Source of the DNA: Trueperaceae bacterium
GTDB taxonomy: Bacteria; Deinococcota; Deinococci; Deinococcales; Trueperaceae
Reading direction: 5' to 3'
Length of the DNA: 64,000 nt
NCBI GenBank assembly: GCA_965214405.1
Contig: OZ243956.1
Span: 1,888,001-1,952,000 of the forward strand
Positions 20,174 through 30,684 of the stretch are shown in pieces. The notes below the pieces were generated by a model. It was not told the DNA's origin, did not search any database, and worked only from the letters and a program-made list of their open reading frames with translations. The position numbers were made by a program, and so were the translations under genes. Every line of letters begins with the position of its first letter. Position 1 is the stretch's first letter.

Positions 20174-21304
20174 ATGAAACAAGGGCAAGGGAAAGAAAGA
20201 GCGGCAGGAGTTAAGCGTTTGTTCGGTTGTGTTGGGGTATCTTCAGTGCGCCGTTTCTCTATAAGAGGCACGTTTGGGGTGATGGGCCTTCTCAGCCTCT
20301 GTTTCTTGTTGAGCGCGTGTTCAGACACCATCCTGCCCCCACCCATTACCGACACCGACACCGGCAGCTTGCAGGTGACGATTACCGGCTTGCCGCCTGA
20401 AGCCAAAGCCAACGTCACCGTCACCGGCCCCGATGATTACGAGCAGAGGGTCGAGAGGAGCGGAACCCTTACCGGTCTGCCCACAGGCCGCTACACCGTG
20501 AGTGTCGACAGCATAGTCTATGCAGGCGAGACCTATCCCGGCTCTCTACCCGGCAGCCGCGACCAACGGGAGCTGGACGTGACCCGGCAGGCGGTGGGTG
20601 AGGTGACGGTGTCGTACGCCTCGGTGGGTGTCGTGGGCGAGGGTGACATAGCTCCGGGTGTGACCCGCACCGGCACGCTTTCTACAGGGGCGTTTCGCGA
20701 CTACACCTTTACCGGCGTCGAGGGGGTGCCGCTCGCTTTCTCCTTTGCGGGCACGCGAGAAGCGGGTTCGGCTACCTATAACGTAAGCATCTTCCGTCCT
20801 GACAACTTAGAGACGCCCCTCCAAACCGAACGCTTCGGCACCGCCAACAGCTACCCCTACGCGGGCGGCAACCCCACCGTCGGCTTTACGCCGTCCGAGG
20901 GCGGGCCTTACGTGCTGCGCGCCGCGGTCAACGGGGGTGAACTCTCCTACACCGTCAGGGCGAGCTACCTGAGCGGCACGCCAGAAGAGCATCAAGAGGT
21001 CACGCCCTTGGAAGCGGGCAAGCTTGTTCTGGGGGCGGTAACAGAGAACTCGGTGGACCGCTACCGCTTTAGCGCCACCGCAGATGAAGCGCTCACGCTG
21101 GCGTTCGATTATGAAGAAGGGGGTGCCATCTATTTAGTCGAAGTCTTGGATGAGGACGGCACGGAGCCGCTCTACAGCAAGCGCGTTGGCACTGCCAACG
21201 GGATGCGCAGGCTCGAGTTCATTCCACCTATGACGGGTGACTATCTGCTGCGGGTCACCGGGGAGAACAACGTGCTGCGCTACAGCCTGGTGTTGGAGAA
21301 GTAA
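20174..21304 (+). CDS. Lipoprotein with beta-sandwich and PPC-like repeats
   Basis: Lipobox LSAC, GSLQVTITGLP..ANVTVTGP, two D.Y.F.....G.Y.L repeats; start uncertain. Confidence 0.65.
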   Translation: MKQGQGKERAAGVKRLFGCVGVSSVRRFSIRGTFGVMGLLSLCFLLSACSDTILPPPITDTDTGSLQVTITGLPPEAKANVTVTGPDDYEQRVERSGTLTGLPTGRYTVSVDSIVYAGETYPGSLPGSRDQRELDVTRQAVGEVTVSYASVGVVGEGDIAPGVTRTGTLSTGAFRDYTFTGVEGVPLAFSFAGTREAGSATYNVSIFRPDNLETPLQTERFGTANSYPYAGGNPTVGFTPSEGGPYVLRAAVNGGELSYTVRASYLSGTPEEHQEVTPLEAGKLVLGAVTENSVDRYRFSATADEALTLAFDYEEGGAIYLVEVLDEDGTEPLYSKRVGTANGMRRLEFIPPMTGDYLLRVTGENNVLRYSLVLEK

Positions 21305-21428
21305 GGGGGCTCTAGTCTTTAGAAGAGGGGTTGAGATCACCCCTCTCGGCTCAACACTTATGAGGATTTGTCAGAATTGGGGCGGCGTAGCGACTGAGCC
21401 GCGCTCCCGCCCGGAAAAGGAGCAAAAC

Positions 21429-22022
21429 ATGAAAGAAGCTAAAAATCCGTCGGCCCCCTACGAGCGAGCACGGGAGGCTTTTCCTGCCGACGCTACGCCT
21501 GCCCCACCCGACCTTTACCCTAAGCTCGAGGCCTACTTCCGAAGGTTGCTTGAGGAGCACGCCAAAGGGGTTCCGGACGTACCCGCACAACCCAACGCAC
21601 CTGTTGAAGCTAAGACGCTGACGGAACCGGAGGCTCTGGCGGCGGAGACCACGGAAGGAGCAAACTCGGGTTACGCACTGCTGTCGCGGCGGGTGAGGCG
21701 GGTGACTCCCACCTGGTCTCCCGATAAACATCTGCTCGCGCACCACCACGACACCCTCACCGACCCCGCGCTCTCGTGGCACGAGTGGGGGCTGCTGGCT
21801 TATTTGAGTCTGTTTGGCGGCTACAGCATCCCGGTCGTCACCCTTATCGAGCGGAGCAAGGGCGAGCAAGGGGAGGTTCTAGTAGCGCTCGAGCATCTAC
21901 TGGAACGGGGCGACATCGAACTCGACCCGCACGAGCTGAGTGAGGCGGAGATGCAAGCGGCGCAGCGGCGGCTGGATGACGAGGTGGCGGCGCACCGGGC
22001 GCAGGCACAGGCGCAAACGTGA
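21429..22022 (+). CDS. Hypothetical protein with winged-helix-like C-terminal half
   Basis: aaggag RBS; DPALSWHEWGLLAYL...LIERS...ALEHLLERGDI resembles phage replication-protein wHTH. Confidence 0.5.
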   Translation: MKEAKNPSAPYERAREAFPADATPAPPDLYPKLEAYFRRLLEEHAKGVPDVPAQPNAPVEAKTLTEPEALAAETTEGANSGYALLSRRVRRVTPTWSPDKHLLAHHHDTLTDPALSWHEWGLLAYLSLFGGYSIPVVTLIERSKGEQGEVLVALEHLLERGDIELDPHELSEAEMQAAQRRLDDEVAAHRAQAQAQT

Positions 22023-22107
22023 GACCGGTGCTTTACGCTTCTGGAGCCGGTCTATGTGGCACCTTGCCGGTGCAGCTCAACGACCCCCAACCCTTCGTGA
22101 GGCTAGG

Positions 22108-22974
22108 GTGAACGAAGTAGAGACGTTCGAGGCGCAGGAAAGCAATAGTGCGACGCTGGTACTCCTCGACTCAGCGAGCTGCCGCGTCTCACTACTGAGC
22201 CCCACACCCCTTACGCTCGAGCAAGCCGAGTTACTGCGCTACCTCCTCAAGGCCGCGCTGCTCGCTGGCGGCAAGACCCGCCTGTTGAGAGACCGCTACG
22301 CCCAACTCTTTCCCCACCTCACCTTCTCGAGCGCACTTCTGACACTCTTTTCGACCCTGCGGCTGCGGCTCGAGTTCGACAAGGAATCGAACTGCAAACA
22401 GCTCGTGGGGCCGCTCTTCGCCTTTGTGGCGGAGCTTGGGGAATGGAACACCCTCCACGTCGAACTCTCCAAATTTGGTAGCGAAACGTTGGCTCGGCTG
22501 TCGCGGGGTTTGCCCCTGGCCTTCGCGCTGCCCCGCCCGCATCTAGCGGACGCGGGGGCGCAACCCTACAGCGACGCCGAGGACCTTGCCGCTTGGCGCG
22601 ACACGCTCGACCTGTTTCCTGCGGCTGATGAGGTGTTGGGCGCGCGGCTCGAGCTTTACGGTCACCTGGTGCGCGCTTTTTATGGGGACGCGGCGGGGCT
22701 CGAGCTGGGGTCTAGCCCTGAGCCTCACAGCGTCACGCTGCCGAGTCGGCTCGTGCGGAAGCTGGCGGAGAACAAGAAAGCGGCGAGTGAGACGATGCTG
22801 GCGTTGGTGGGGGGCTTTGTGAGGAACTTTCCGTCTCGGGTCAGGCTGAATGGGCAGGAGCCGGAGCGGGTGGTGGAGAGGCTGTTGGTGTCGAGCGCCC
22901 TTACGGTTGAGGTCACGGTTGTTCCTTTTGCCTTCGACGGGTACGAGCGTTACGCCAGGAATGAGGGGGCGTAG
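22108..22974 (+). CDS. Hypothetical protein
   Basis: Long ORF with host-like codon use; start uncertain. Confidence 0.5.
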   Translation: MNEVETFEAQESNSATLVLLDSASCRVSLLSPTPLTLEQAELLRYLLKAALLAGGKTRLLRDRYAQLFPHLTFSSALLTLFSTLRLRLEFDKESNCKQLVGPLFAFVAELGEWNTLHVELSKFGSETLARLSRGLPLAFALPRPHLADAGAQPYSDAEDLAAWRDTLDLFPAADEVLGARLELYGHLVRAFYGDAAGLELGSSPEPHSVTLPSRLVRKLAENKKAASETMLALVGGFVRNFPSRVRLNGQEPERVVERLLVSSALTVEVTVVPFAFDGYERYARNEGA

Positions 22975-23255
22975 TAGGTGAGAAGCGCCTGCTACGCTCT
23001 AGAGCCGAGTGGAGGACAGGAAATTTAGCATTTGAAAATGGGCGGGGGCCTAAAAATGCTGCTCAATGCCTTCTCCTTCATCATATTTGAGCAGATGCTG
23101 GAGGTACTTACAGATGCGAGGCCTAAGCTGGAGGCGCGGGTGCGTTCTTATCTACTCAAAATATGCCAGTAGCGAGCTTAATCTGTGTCCGTAGCATTCT
23201 CACAGGCAGCAGCGTCTTCGATGTTAAATCATTTATGCACCCTCACTAACAGGTA

Positions 23256-25091
23256 GTGCAAAAGCATACAGCACTTACAGTCCGCGCTCTCCCGCGTTAC
23301 CTCCCCCCTATACCTGGCGAGACGTTTGCTAGCTACCTCGACCGCTTAGCTCATGCCCTTGGCGTCCCCATTATCACAGCTTTACGCGCTACTGGCATCA
23401 TTAGTGAAGAGTCAGAAAAAGAAATTGGCCCAGGCTATGGCGTCACACTTTCTTCTACTCAGCTCAGAACCTTTGCCCACGCCACACATCTTGACGGTGA
23501 TTGCGTTGCAGAGATGCTGCTCGAGCACTACCACGGCAGGGTGATTAACCTCTTTGGTCTCGAGCCAGATGACCCAACCTCCTTTCGTATGGTCGCGCTG
23601 CGCGAGTGGGCGTACTTTTCGGGGTCACACCTCTGCCCCAAATGCGCCGAAGAAGATAAGGGCGCTTGGCAACTCGCTTGGAAGCTTCCTTGGTCGTTCG
23701 CCTGCGTTAAGCACCGTACCCTCCTTATTGACACCTGTCCCCGTTGCAGACGGCGCACCGGGCTCAGCCGACAAGATGGAGCGAGCCGCCCCCGTTTCGT
23801 CTCCAAGGTTCCACTACCAGGCTGTTGCATGAATGCTGAGCCAGCGGGTATGGCTTTAGCGGGGCGCTCGTCCTCCCCCTGCGGTCAGCCACTCGCTCTC
23901 ATTTCTACCGAATCACTCGCGGCTTGGTCAACTCTCCTCGCCGCGCAACATAAGGTCAACGATGCTTTAGAAAATGAGTTTGTTTTCGCTGGAGGTGTGA
24001 AGACGTCCACCCTGACCTACTTTGCCGAGCTGCGCTCGTTAGCCGCTCTACTTCTCTACGCAGCAAAGACTCAAGATTTGAAGGGCCTGCCTCCTTTCGT
24101 TAAGGAGGCGTTTGCGACCTTGGAAGCTGAGAGAGATGCACGCGTTGAAGAACGCCGTCAGTTAGGGAATCAGCGCGAGGGTCCGCATACGAGGGTGTTC
24201 TCCAGCGCGCCACAGTCCGCGGCGGTGATGGCGGCCATCCTACCTACTGCTGTCAATATTCTCGCCGCACCTTCACCGGATGGTTTGGCCGCTCACCTCG
24301 ACTGGCTCGTCGAGCGAGGCGCAGAACGCAAGCGTAACAAGGTACGTCAGCTCGCGGACTACCTCTCCTTCTCGCCGCGCCTGCGGGAGGCTCTCGAGCA
24401 GTGTCTCGAGCCACGCAAGACCTTCGTGCGACGGCTTGAGGAAAGTAGACGGCAACTTGATCAAGCAGACGGAGCGAACTCGTACAGTTTTACATCCGAC
24501 CACGTGCCGCAACTGCTCTGGCAAGAAACCTACCGACAGCACTTTGCCGAACTTATACCAGGCGTAGGAGAAGATTATGCGCGGCGGGCATGTGCGATGG
24601 CACTGGTGCGACTCTCCGGAAACTACACCTGGCGTGAGGCGGCTGAGGTGCTCGAGCTTCCTCCCGAGCCTGCGTACGGTATGGCGAACAAGGTCGTCGG
24701 CGTGCTCAACAGGACCAGCACAGCCGACCTGTTCGCAGAACAGCTTCGTGAACTCGCCGCGAAGCTCAGCGAGGACGCGAGCCGCACCGACTACGGCTTC
24801 CGTCGGCGTGTCTTCGCCGACTTCATTGAAATAGAGTGGCGGGCGTGGTGTTTACTCTGCCAGCGTGCCGGGGTCCCTCCAGGCTCGTCAGGCGGGCGTC
24901 AGCGCTATGCGGCGGTTTGGGTGTGGTGTTACCTCACGGGAGGAGACTATAGGCTCGCGCCGGGGCTTCAGGGTAAGAACGCTCATAATTTTAGAGAGGT
25001 CTATAGGCGCTTTCTTAAGGGAGAACAGCCAAATTTAGAGAGGGAGCTAATCCTACATGCGAATAATTTGCTGCGCTCAATGACCAGCTGA
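23256..25091 (+). CDS. tniQ: TniQ/TnsD-like target selector (611 aa)
   Basis: LPRYLPPIPGETFASYLDRLA, CPKC...AWQLAWKLPWSFACVKH..LLIDTCPRC; long C-terminal extension. Confidence 0.88.
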   Translation: MQKHTALTVRALPRYLPPIPGETFASYLDRLAHALGVPIITALRATGIISEESEKEIGPGYGVTLSSTQLRTFAHATHLDGDCVAEMLLEHYHGRVINLFGLEPDDPTSFRMVALREWAYFSGSHLCPKCAEEDKGAWQLAWKLPWSFACVKHRTLLIDTCPRCRRRTGLSRQDGASRPRFVSKVPLPGCCMNAEPAGMALAGRSSSPCGQPLALISTESLAAWSTLLAAQHKVNDALENEFVFAGGVKTSTLTYFAELRSLAALLLYAAKTQDLKGLPPFVKEAFATLEAERDARVEERRQLGNQREGPHTRVFSSAPQSAAVMAAILPTAVNILAAPSPDGLAAHLDWLVERGAERKRNKVRQLADYLSFSPRLREALEQCLEPRKTFVRRLEESRRQLDQADGANSYSFTSDHVPQLLWQETYRQHFAELIPGVGEDYARRACAMALVRLSGNYTWREAAEVLELPPEPAYGMANKVVGVLNRTSTADLFAEQLRELAAKLSEDASRTDYGFRRRVFADFIEIEWRAWCLLCQRAGVPPGSSGGRQRYAAVWVWCYLTGGDYRLAPGLQGKNAHNFREVYRRFLKGEQPNLERELILHANNLLRSMTS

Positions 25092-25188
25092 ACTGCCACC
25101 CGCACCATTGGGGCAGATATTTGGCTTCACAACCTCTGCCTGCTCTTCACGCCCACTAATGAACGGCGTACCTGACTCTGTCAACACT

Positions 25189-28100
25189 TCACTTAGGAGG
25201 CGGTTCGTCGACCGCTGTTCTTGTCGCTCCCCCGTGACTCGTTATCCTGGGTCTACATCTAACCTTAATCGCACCCCTCGAAAAGGCGCCATCAGTAGCT
25301 CTGCTCGACCAAACATAAGCTTCCCCAGGTTCAAGATGTGCCATCTTTTCCGGGGTCAGGTCTTTCAGCGCGGCATTCGCTTTTTGGATGTGTTTTAGCC
25401 ACTGGGGCGAGTTGAACTTGTGAAGAACGACCTGACTTGACAGTTCGATAAGGGCGACGGGAACGGATGGAGGATCTTGGCTAGCGACCATGATGCTAGT
25501 CCCCTTGTGCCTCATCTCCCTTACCACCTCGATAAGACCCGCGGTCAGGTCTGGGCTTTCGATGTACTTATGAGCCTCGTCGAAAACCACCAGCTTATTG
25601 AAAGGCTCGCCGTTGTGTTTAGCATCGGCAAAAAGTTGAAGGATGACGATGAAAAGTCCGAGCGCCTCGTCTTTTTCTATGAACTCGTCGCGGATGTCAA
25701 CGATGACCATCCGACCCGGGCTGACAGCTTCTGCAAGCGAAACATTATCCTCAACATACTGCGCCGCCAAGTTAAGGCGCATGTTGGCCATAGCTTTCAG
25801 ATGATCTTGTAGTGCCGAGCTGTCGATGCCGGTACGTAACGCCTCGACGGATAGATTATTGCGGTTCTGGCGCATAACCATGTTGACTTGCCTCATGTAC
25901 GTCGCTTGGTTGCCGACAGCGCCCATCAGGAACCGCCAGTGCCCCGCTTGCAACTCGTGCGCGCCGAACTTGAGAGGCCGCACGTCGAGGTCAGGGTATT
26001 CATCCTGACGTTCGGCCACTTTGTCCTCGGGCACGAGCAAGACGATATCTCTTAACGCTTTGGGCTCAGCGCCGTAACGCTCCCTAAGCACCTTCAGCTG
26101 CTTTTCCTCAGCGTTCGGTAAGGCCATCGTAGTGAACTCGGGCTTGTAGTCTTGGGTCTGACTGTAATGAAAAATGACTGTTGCCAACGGATGAGGTAGC
26201 ACGTTGATATTGGGGATGGGCAGCGAGGCCATCTCCGCTATCGTCCCGAGGGTATAACTTTTCCCGCCACCTTGGACACCGAATAGACTGATCGTATGCG
26301 TCTGGTTGAGGTCGAGGGCGATCTTCCTGCCTGACGCTTCCCCGAGCAAGCCGTACTGAGGGGAGTCTTGATCTGCGCCGAGCAGGATGTCAAAAGCGGC
26401 CTGAGGTTGAACCGTCCCGGTGACCTGTTCCACCTTAAGAGGTTCGTCCACCAGCTCTACCCCGTCTTTTGTGCCTGTCTCGACACTCCCTCCGACGTCC
26501 TCACTCACAGTACGATCTGCGTTGTCAAGTGAAAGCGGCTCATCCCGGACGGTGATTCTCTTCTCAGTTGGGTCCGTCTCGGACGGTTCTTGAACGAGTT
26601 CTGGCTCGGCAACCGCGCGCCCGAGCGTGTGATCGGTTCGGAGGCCCTCCCACGCGACACTGCGGTCGCGGTCTTTGACTATAAAAGTTGCTTCCTCGAG
26701 CTTGGGTATAGAAGAACCGCGCTCTTGATCTTCCTCAGGCGTTTCGGAGGTGCCGCGCGTTTCGAGCCTACCTGCTAACACTTTTGTTCTACCCGCGGCC
26801 AGACGGACTAACTCTTGGGCAAGGTCACGGCCTATGCGGTGGTACTCCACGCCGTTCTCTCGCTCGGGCGGGTCCGTGCCCGGTTTCTCGAAGTCGAAGA
26901 TGAGGGCGCTGCGCGAGAAGGCGAGCGTGTAACCTCGCTCGAGACTCCGCAGAAAGAACTTAGCTTCGTCCTGCGCCAGCTCATCGAACAGCCCATGCCT
27001 GACGCCGCGGTCCAGGTAGAACTCCAGAAGCTTCGCCAGCTCTCTCGTCCTGAGCAGGCGATCCGGGCGGTCCGGGGAAGCGAGGTCGGCCCCGAAGTGG
27101 TGCCGCAGAACCTGCTCGCTTCGCTCGATCTGAGCGGCGATGGTTCCCCTCAACTGGTTGTAGCTCGCGAGACCGCCGACCTGTCTGTAGCACTTGACCT
27201 CGACGAGGTTGCAAGTGATGGTCCGGCTGCTCGCGTCCAGATCGAACAGCGCGAGGTCGGTTCGCTTGAAACCCATCTCCTCCCCCGACTGCTCGGCGCT
27301 TCTCTTCACAGCCTCATAAAGGTCGAGGTGCGCGTCTAGGGGGACGACGATCTGGTTGGCAAAAACCCCCTGATGTTCTAAGTACATCCTGGCTAGGGCT
27401 AGGCCTAAAGCCTCCGCTCGCTGGGCAGAGGCGGACAGAAGTTTGAGCGCCATCCGTCCCGAGAGCGACTTGAGCTGATTCAAGACGGCAACGGTATGAG
27501 TCCTCGCCGCGCTTAGCCCGTAGTCCTTCAGGATAGGGCCGATCATCGCCTCTAATTCTGTCAGCGAGCGGGACGTCACGGTGTAGCGGTAATCTTGCGC
27601 CGCCATCTCGGGGGAATGGTCTATCAGATACTCGGGACGCTCGCGTCGCCCGCCGTGGTCGAAAAACTCTACCCCGATGTTGCGATCGATAGAGATGACC
27701 CAGTCGCTGAACTCGTGTACCTGGTGTAGCAGGGCGCGGTCGCCGGACGTCAAGGCGAGGGTGATCTGCGGCCTGAGCTCCAGGCCGGTTTGTCCCGTCG
27801 CCAGGGTGGCGGTCGCGCCCGAGAGGGCCGTCGAGAGGCTGGCGAGAAGCTCGGATAGGTAGTCGCCGTCGCCGATAGGCTGGGCCTGGCCGTGACGTGG
27901 CCGACGCTGCCACGCCACCAACGCGTCGTCGTCGGTGTAGGTCACGTCGAAATCCTGGACGAGCCCGTGAACCGGCGCGATCATCTCGCCCTCCGCCGCC
28001 TCCGCGACCCCTACCTGGGCGCCGGGAAACACGTCGAAGAGGAGGCTCAGGTGCGCGCGGTACTGGCTCGGGTTTCGCCTGAACGCGCCCGCGCCAAGGA

Positions 28101-30684
28101 CGGAAAGCCTCAGTTTCGGGAACAGGTGGCTGCCCGAAGGTGTCGAAAAGGCGTCAGCTTCGGCGCTGGCCGGGCTGTTCGTGGGCGAAAGCAGCGCCCT
28201 GAGCGCCTCCCCGACGCCTACCGCGTCGGGGTCGGGCACGAAAAGTCTTAGGTCGTAGGTCAGATCGGCGAAGGCTTTATTTTTCTGGAGCGTGAGCAGC
28301 GTGGCGGCGAGCGCTCGAGCCCGCCCTGGGTTAAAGGCGTTGATGGTCAGGGTCTGCACGTAAGGGTGCTGCCACAAGTACCTCTGTATGCGCTGCGCCA
28401 GGTAACCTGTGTTTGCCGCGCCGCCGCCTGAGGCAGGCTCGGGGACTCTGAGGGCCGCGCAAACGTCACCCAAGAGCCCCCGTGGGTTCTGCTCATCAGC
28501 GGTGGCGTAGAACCCCCAAAACGGGTTGAGGTTATCGAGGGAGGTGTAGAGGCGTCCGCCGTCCGCGGGCAGGACGGGGGGGAAATTGGTGGGCAGGAGC
28601 CGGTGGAGGAGCGCTTCTCTGAGGTCGGGGACGAGGGTTCTATGGTCGGCCGTCTGGTTCAGCCACGAGTCGCCGAGCTTGGCCCAGGTCGCCAGCCATA
28701 GAGCGCGCAGCGGATGCGTGGGCGAGACGAGCGCGGCCACGCGCCGTCCGCCGCGAAAGTCGACGAGCGTGAGGTGTACCGTGTCGACGCTGAGGAGCGT
28801 CCGCAGCCCCGCCCGTTCCTTCTCAGAAGCCGTGTCTGCCGCGACGTTCCGTTGTGAAGCGCGGACGGCCTCTAGATAACTTTCCGCGTAGTCCGCGGCG
28901 GCCTGCTGCAGGTCGGTCAAGTCGGCGGCTTGGCTGATCAGTCCTCCTTCACTCTTCACCGCCTCGAAGTAGCGTGACCGGGCGCGGATGAACGTTTGTG
29001 TGGCGGCGCCGCTTGACCAGCGGGCGATCTCAGGTGTCGGCTCGTTGACCTTGCCCCGGCGGATCTCCAGCCGCCAGCTTGCTGCCCGGTCGGCCGAGCC
29101 GAGCATCGCCTGCTCGAGCCTCTTCAGCGTCGGGGACACGGGTATCTGGACGGCGCCCTCGCGCGAGAACACCGCCTCCAGAGAGGACCCTTCGGCGCCC
29201 TTGTCTTGCCTCCAGGAGAGGCTCTTCAGGTTAATGTCCTCGCGGCCCCTGTCTTCTTGTATGGCGTCGAGCTTCAGGCCGAGCCGCGCGTGGGTGAGGC
29301 TCGGCCACTCGGGCACGGCGCGCTTCGGCGGCGGCTCTTCGAGCTCGCCCTCGGGGACCACATAGAACAGGTCACTCTCGTTCGGCTGCTGTGGTAGGCT
29401 TTCGCCGCCGTGGTTGGGTGAGGCGAGGGGTTGCCCGTTCTGGTCGACGAGCGGGACCGGGACATCGTCTTTGGTCAGCGCCTGGACCTGCACGTAGTAC
29501 CAGCCCTCGTCCCAGTCCTCCTGCCTCAGCTTCGTGAAGGAGATCTTAGCGCTCTTCCTGGGCGGCTTCCACACCTTTTTGCTTCGCATGATCCCGGTCG
29601 GCCCTTGATCCCGAGAGACGACCCTGATGAGGAACCTGTCCAGCCCTTGCACCCTTGATGGGTGCGGGTCCGCCTGTAACGTGACGCTCAGCGTGTTCAG
29701 CCCCCCTTTCCCGATAGGCAGATACTTCTGGCCCACTAGGGAGTGGAGCCGCTCGTCTTGCCCTTCGCCGCTGACGACGGGGAGGTCGAGGTCGGTCACC
29801 TCGACGAAAAGGCTCTCAGGCACGCCGCCGTCCTCGAACGCCCACTTGTCGAACGACAGAGGCCAGTTGGCGCGGTCGGTCACGATCTGCCTTGTCCACT
29901 CTAGGGGGTCTTCGAGCCCGGCGTGGGCGAGGAAGGTGCCCAGCCTGGACCGGAAGGCGCGGTCGCTCAGCTTGAGCTCGAGCACGCGGACCCGCTCGGA
30001 CTTGCTAGAGGAGGTGAGATTTTTAACGCACTCGATGTTTCTGCCGAGCCTCGTCGGCAGGTAAACGGCGTGCTCCGCCAAGCCGAAGTCCGGGACCAGA
30101 CCCAGCTCGTAGAGCGCCGCCCCGAGAACGTCCTCCTCGCCGCCGTTAATCCTCAGGGTGAGGAGGAACCTGATCACGTTCAGGGGGCTCGCGTAGGTCC
30201 AGCCTGACTCTCCGGCGGCGCGGACGACCTCCTGGGCGAGGCTGCGCACGCCCCCGGGGAGGGCGTCTAGGAGCGCTGAGCGCAGGCGGTCATAGGTGCG
30301 GCTCACGTCGATCTGCTCGAACGTGGCGACCCCGAAAGAGTCCTCAGCCGCCGCCCGGCTTTCGCTGGGAACGAAAACGAGGAGCGGAGAGCGCAGGGAG
30401 CCGTCAGGGAGCGGGTTGCGCAGCTCGACGAGCTTCGTGCTGCTCACGCGGTAGGCGTCGGGCGCGCCGTCTGTGTCCTCGCTCAGCATGTAGACGTGGC
30501 TTCCCGGCATCGCCTCCCGGAGGGCTTTCGCCAGGCGCGACATCAGCGGCGCGTCGAGGTCCAAGACCTTCATGCAGTGGCCCTCGCCTCGCGAAGCCAG
30601 AAACGCCGACAGGTAGGGCACCAGCACCTCTACTAGCGCCGCCTGCACGTCTGAGTTGCGGACCACACGGAGCCCTTGCGACAC
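25189..30684 (-). CDS. Large ATPase, MAD8/DptH-like
   Basis: 1831 aa; C-terminal HerA/FtsK-type Walker A GVQGGGKS, Walker B VVFDEAH, VASQ; NLVEVK nuclease-like motif; operon position. Confidence 0.75.
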   Translation of the reverse strand: MSQGLRVVRNSDVQAALVEVLVPYLSAFLASRGEGHCMKVLDLDAPLMSRLAKALREAMPGSHVYMLSEDTDGAPDAYRVSSTKLVELRNPLPDGSLRSPLLVFVPSESRAAAEDSFGVATFEQIDVSRTYDRLRSALLDALPGGVRSLAQEVVRAAGESGWTYASPLNVIRFLLTLRINGGEEDVLGAALYELGLVPDFGLAEHAVYLPTRLGRNIECVKNLTSSSKSERVRVLELKLSDRAFRSRLGTFLAHAGLEDPLEWTRQIVTDRANWPLSFDKWAFEDGGVPESLFVEVTDLDLPVVSGEGQDERLHSLVGQKYLPIGKGGLNTLSVTLQADPHPSRVQGLDRFLIRVVSRDQGPTGIMRSKKVWKPPRKSAKISFTKLRQEDWDEGWYYVQVQALTKDDVPVPLVDQNGQPLASPNHGGESLPQQPNESDLFYVVPEGELEEPPPKRAVPEWPSLTHARLGLKLDAIQEDRGREDINLKSLSWRQDKGAEGSSLEAVFSREGAVQIPVSPTLKRLEQAMLGSADRAASWRLEIRRGKVNEPTPEIARWSSGAATQTFIRARSRYFEAVKSEGGLISQAADLTDLQQAAADYAESYLEAVRASQRNVAADTASEKERAGLRTLLSVDTVHLTLVDFRGGRRVAALVSPTHPLRALWLATWAKLGDSWLNQTADHRTLVPDLREALLHRLLPTNFPPVLPADGGRLYTSLDNLNPFWGFYATADEQNPRGLLGDVCAALRVPEPASGGGAANTGYLAQRIQRYLWQHPYVQTLTINAFNPGRARALAATLLTLQKNKAFADLTYDLRLFVPDPDAVGVGEALRALLSPTNSPASAEADAFSTPSGSHLFPKLRLSVLGAGAFRRNPSQYRAHLSLLFDVFPGAQVGVAEAAEGEMIAPVHGLVQDFDVTYTDDDALVAWQRRPRHGQAQPIGDGDYLSELLASLSTALSGATATLATGQTGLELRPQITLALTSGDRALLHQVHEFSDWVISIDRNIGVEFFDHGGRRERPEYLIDHSPEMAAQDYRYTVTSRSLTELEAMIGPILKDYGLSAARTHTVAVLNQLKSLSGRMALKLLSASAQRAEALGLALARMYLEHQGVFANQIVVPLDAHLDLYEAVKRSAEQSGEEMGFKRTDLALFDLDASSRTITCNLVEVKCYRQVGGLASYNQLRGTIAAQIERSEQVLRHHFGADLASPDRPDRLLRTRELAKLLEFYLDRGVRHGLFDELAQDEAKFFLRSLERGYTLAFSRSALIFDFEKPGTDPPERENGVEYHRIGRDLAQELVRLAAGRTKVLAGRLETRGTSETPEEDQERGSSIPKLEEATFIVKDRDRSVAWEGLRTDHTLGRAVAEPELVQEPSETDPTEKRITVRDEPLSLDNADRTVSEDVGGSVETGTKDGVELVDEPLKVEQVTGTVQPQAAFDILLGADQDSPQYGLLGEASGRKIALDLNQTHTISLFGVQGGGKSYTLGTIAEMASLPIPNINVLPHPLATVIFHYSQTQDYKPEFTTMALPNAEEKQLKVLRERYGAEPKALRDIVLLVPEDKVAERQDEYPDLDVRPLKFGAHELQAGHWRFLMGAVGNQATYMRQVNMVMRQNRNNLSVEALRTGIDSSALQDHLKAMANMRLNLAAQYVEDNVSLAEAVSPGRMVIVDIRDEFIEKDEALGLFIVILQLFADAKHNGEPFNKLVVFDEAHKYIESPDLTAGLIEVVREMRHKGTSIMVASQDPPSVPVALIELSSQVVLHKFNSPQWLKHIQKANAALKDLTPEKMAHLEPGEAYVWSSRATDGAFSRGAIKVRCRPRITSHGGATRTAVDEPPPK

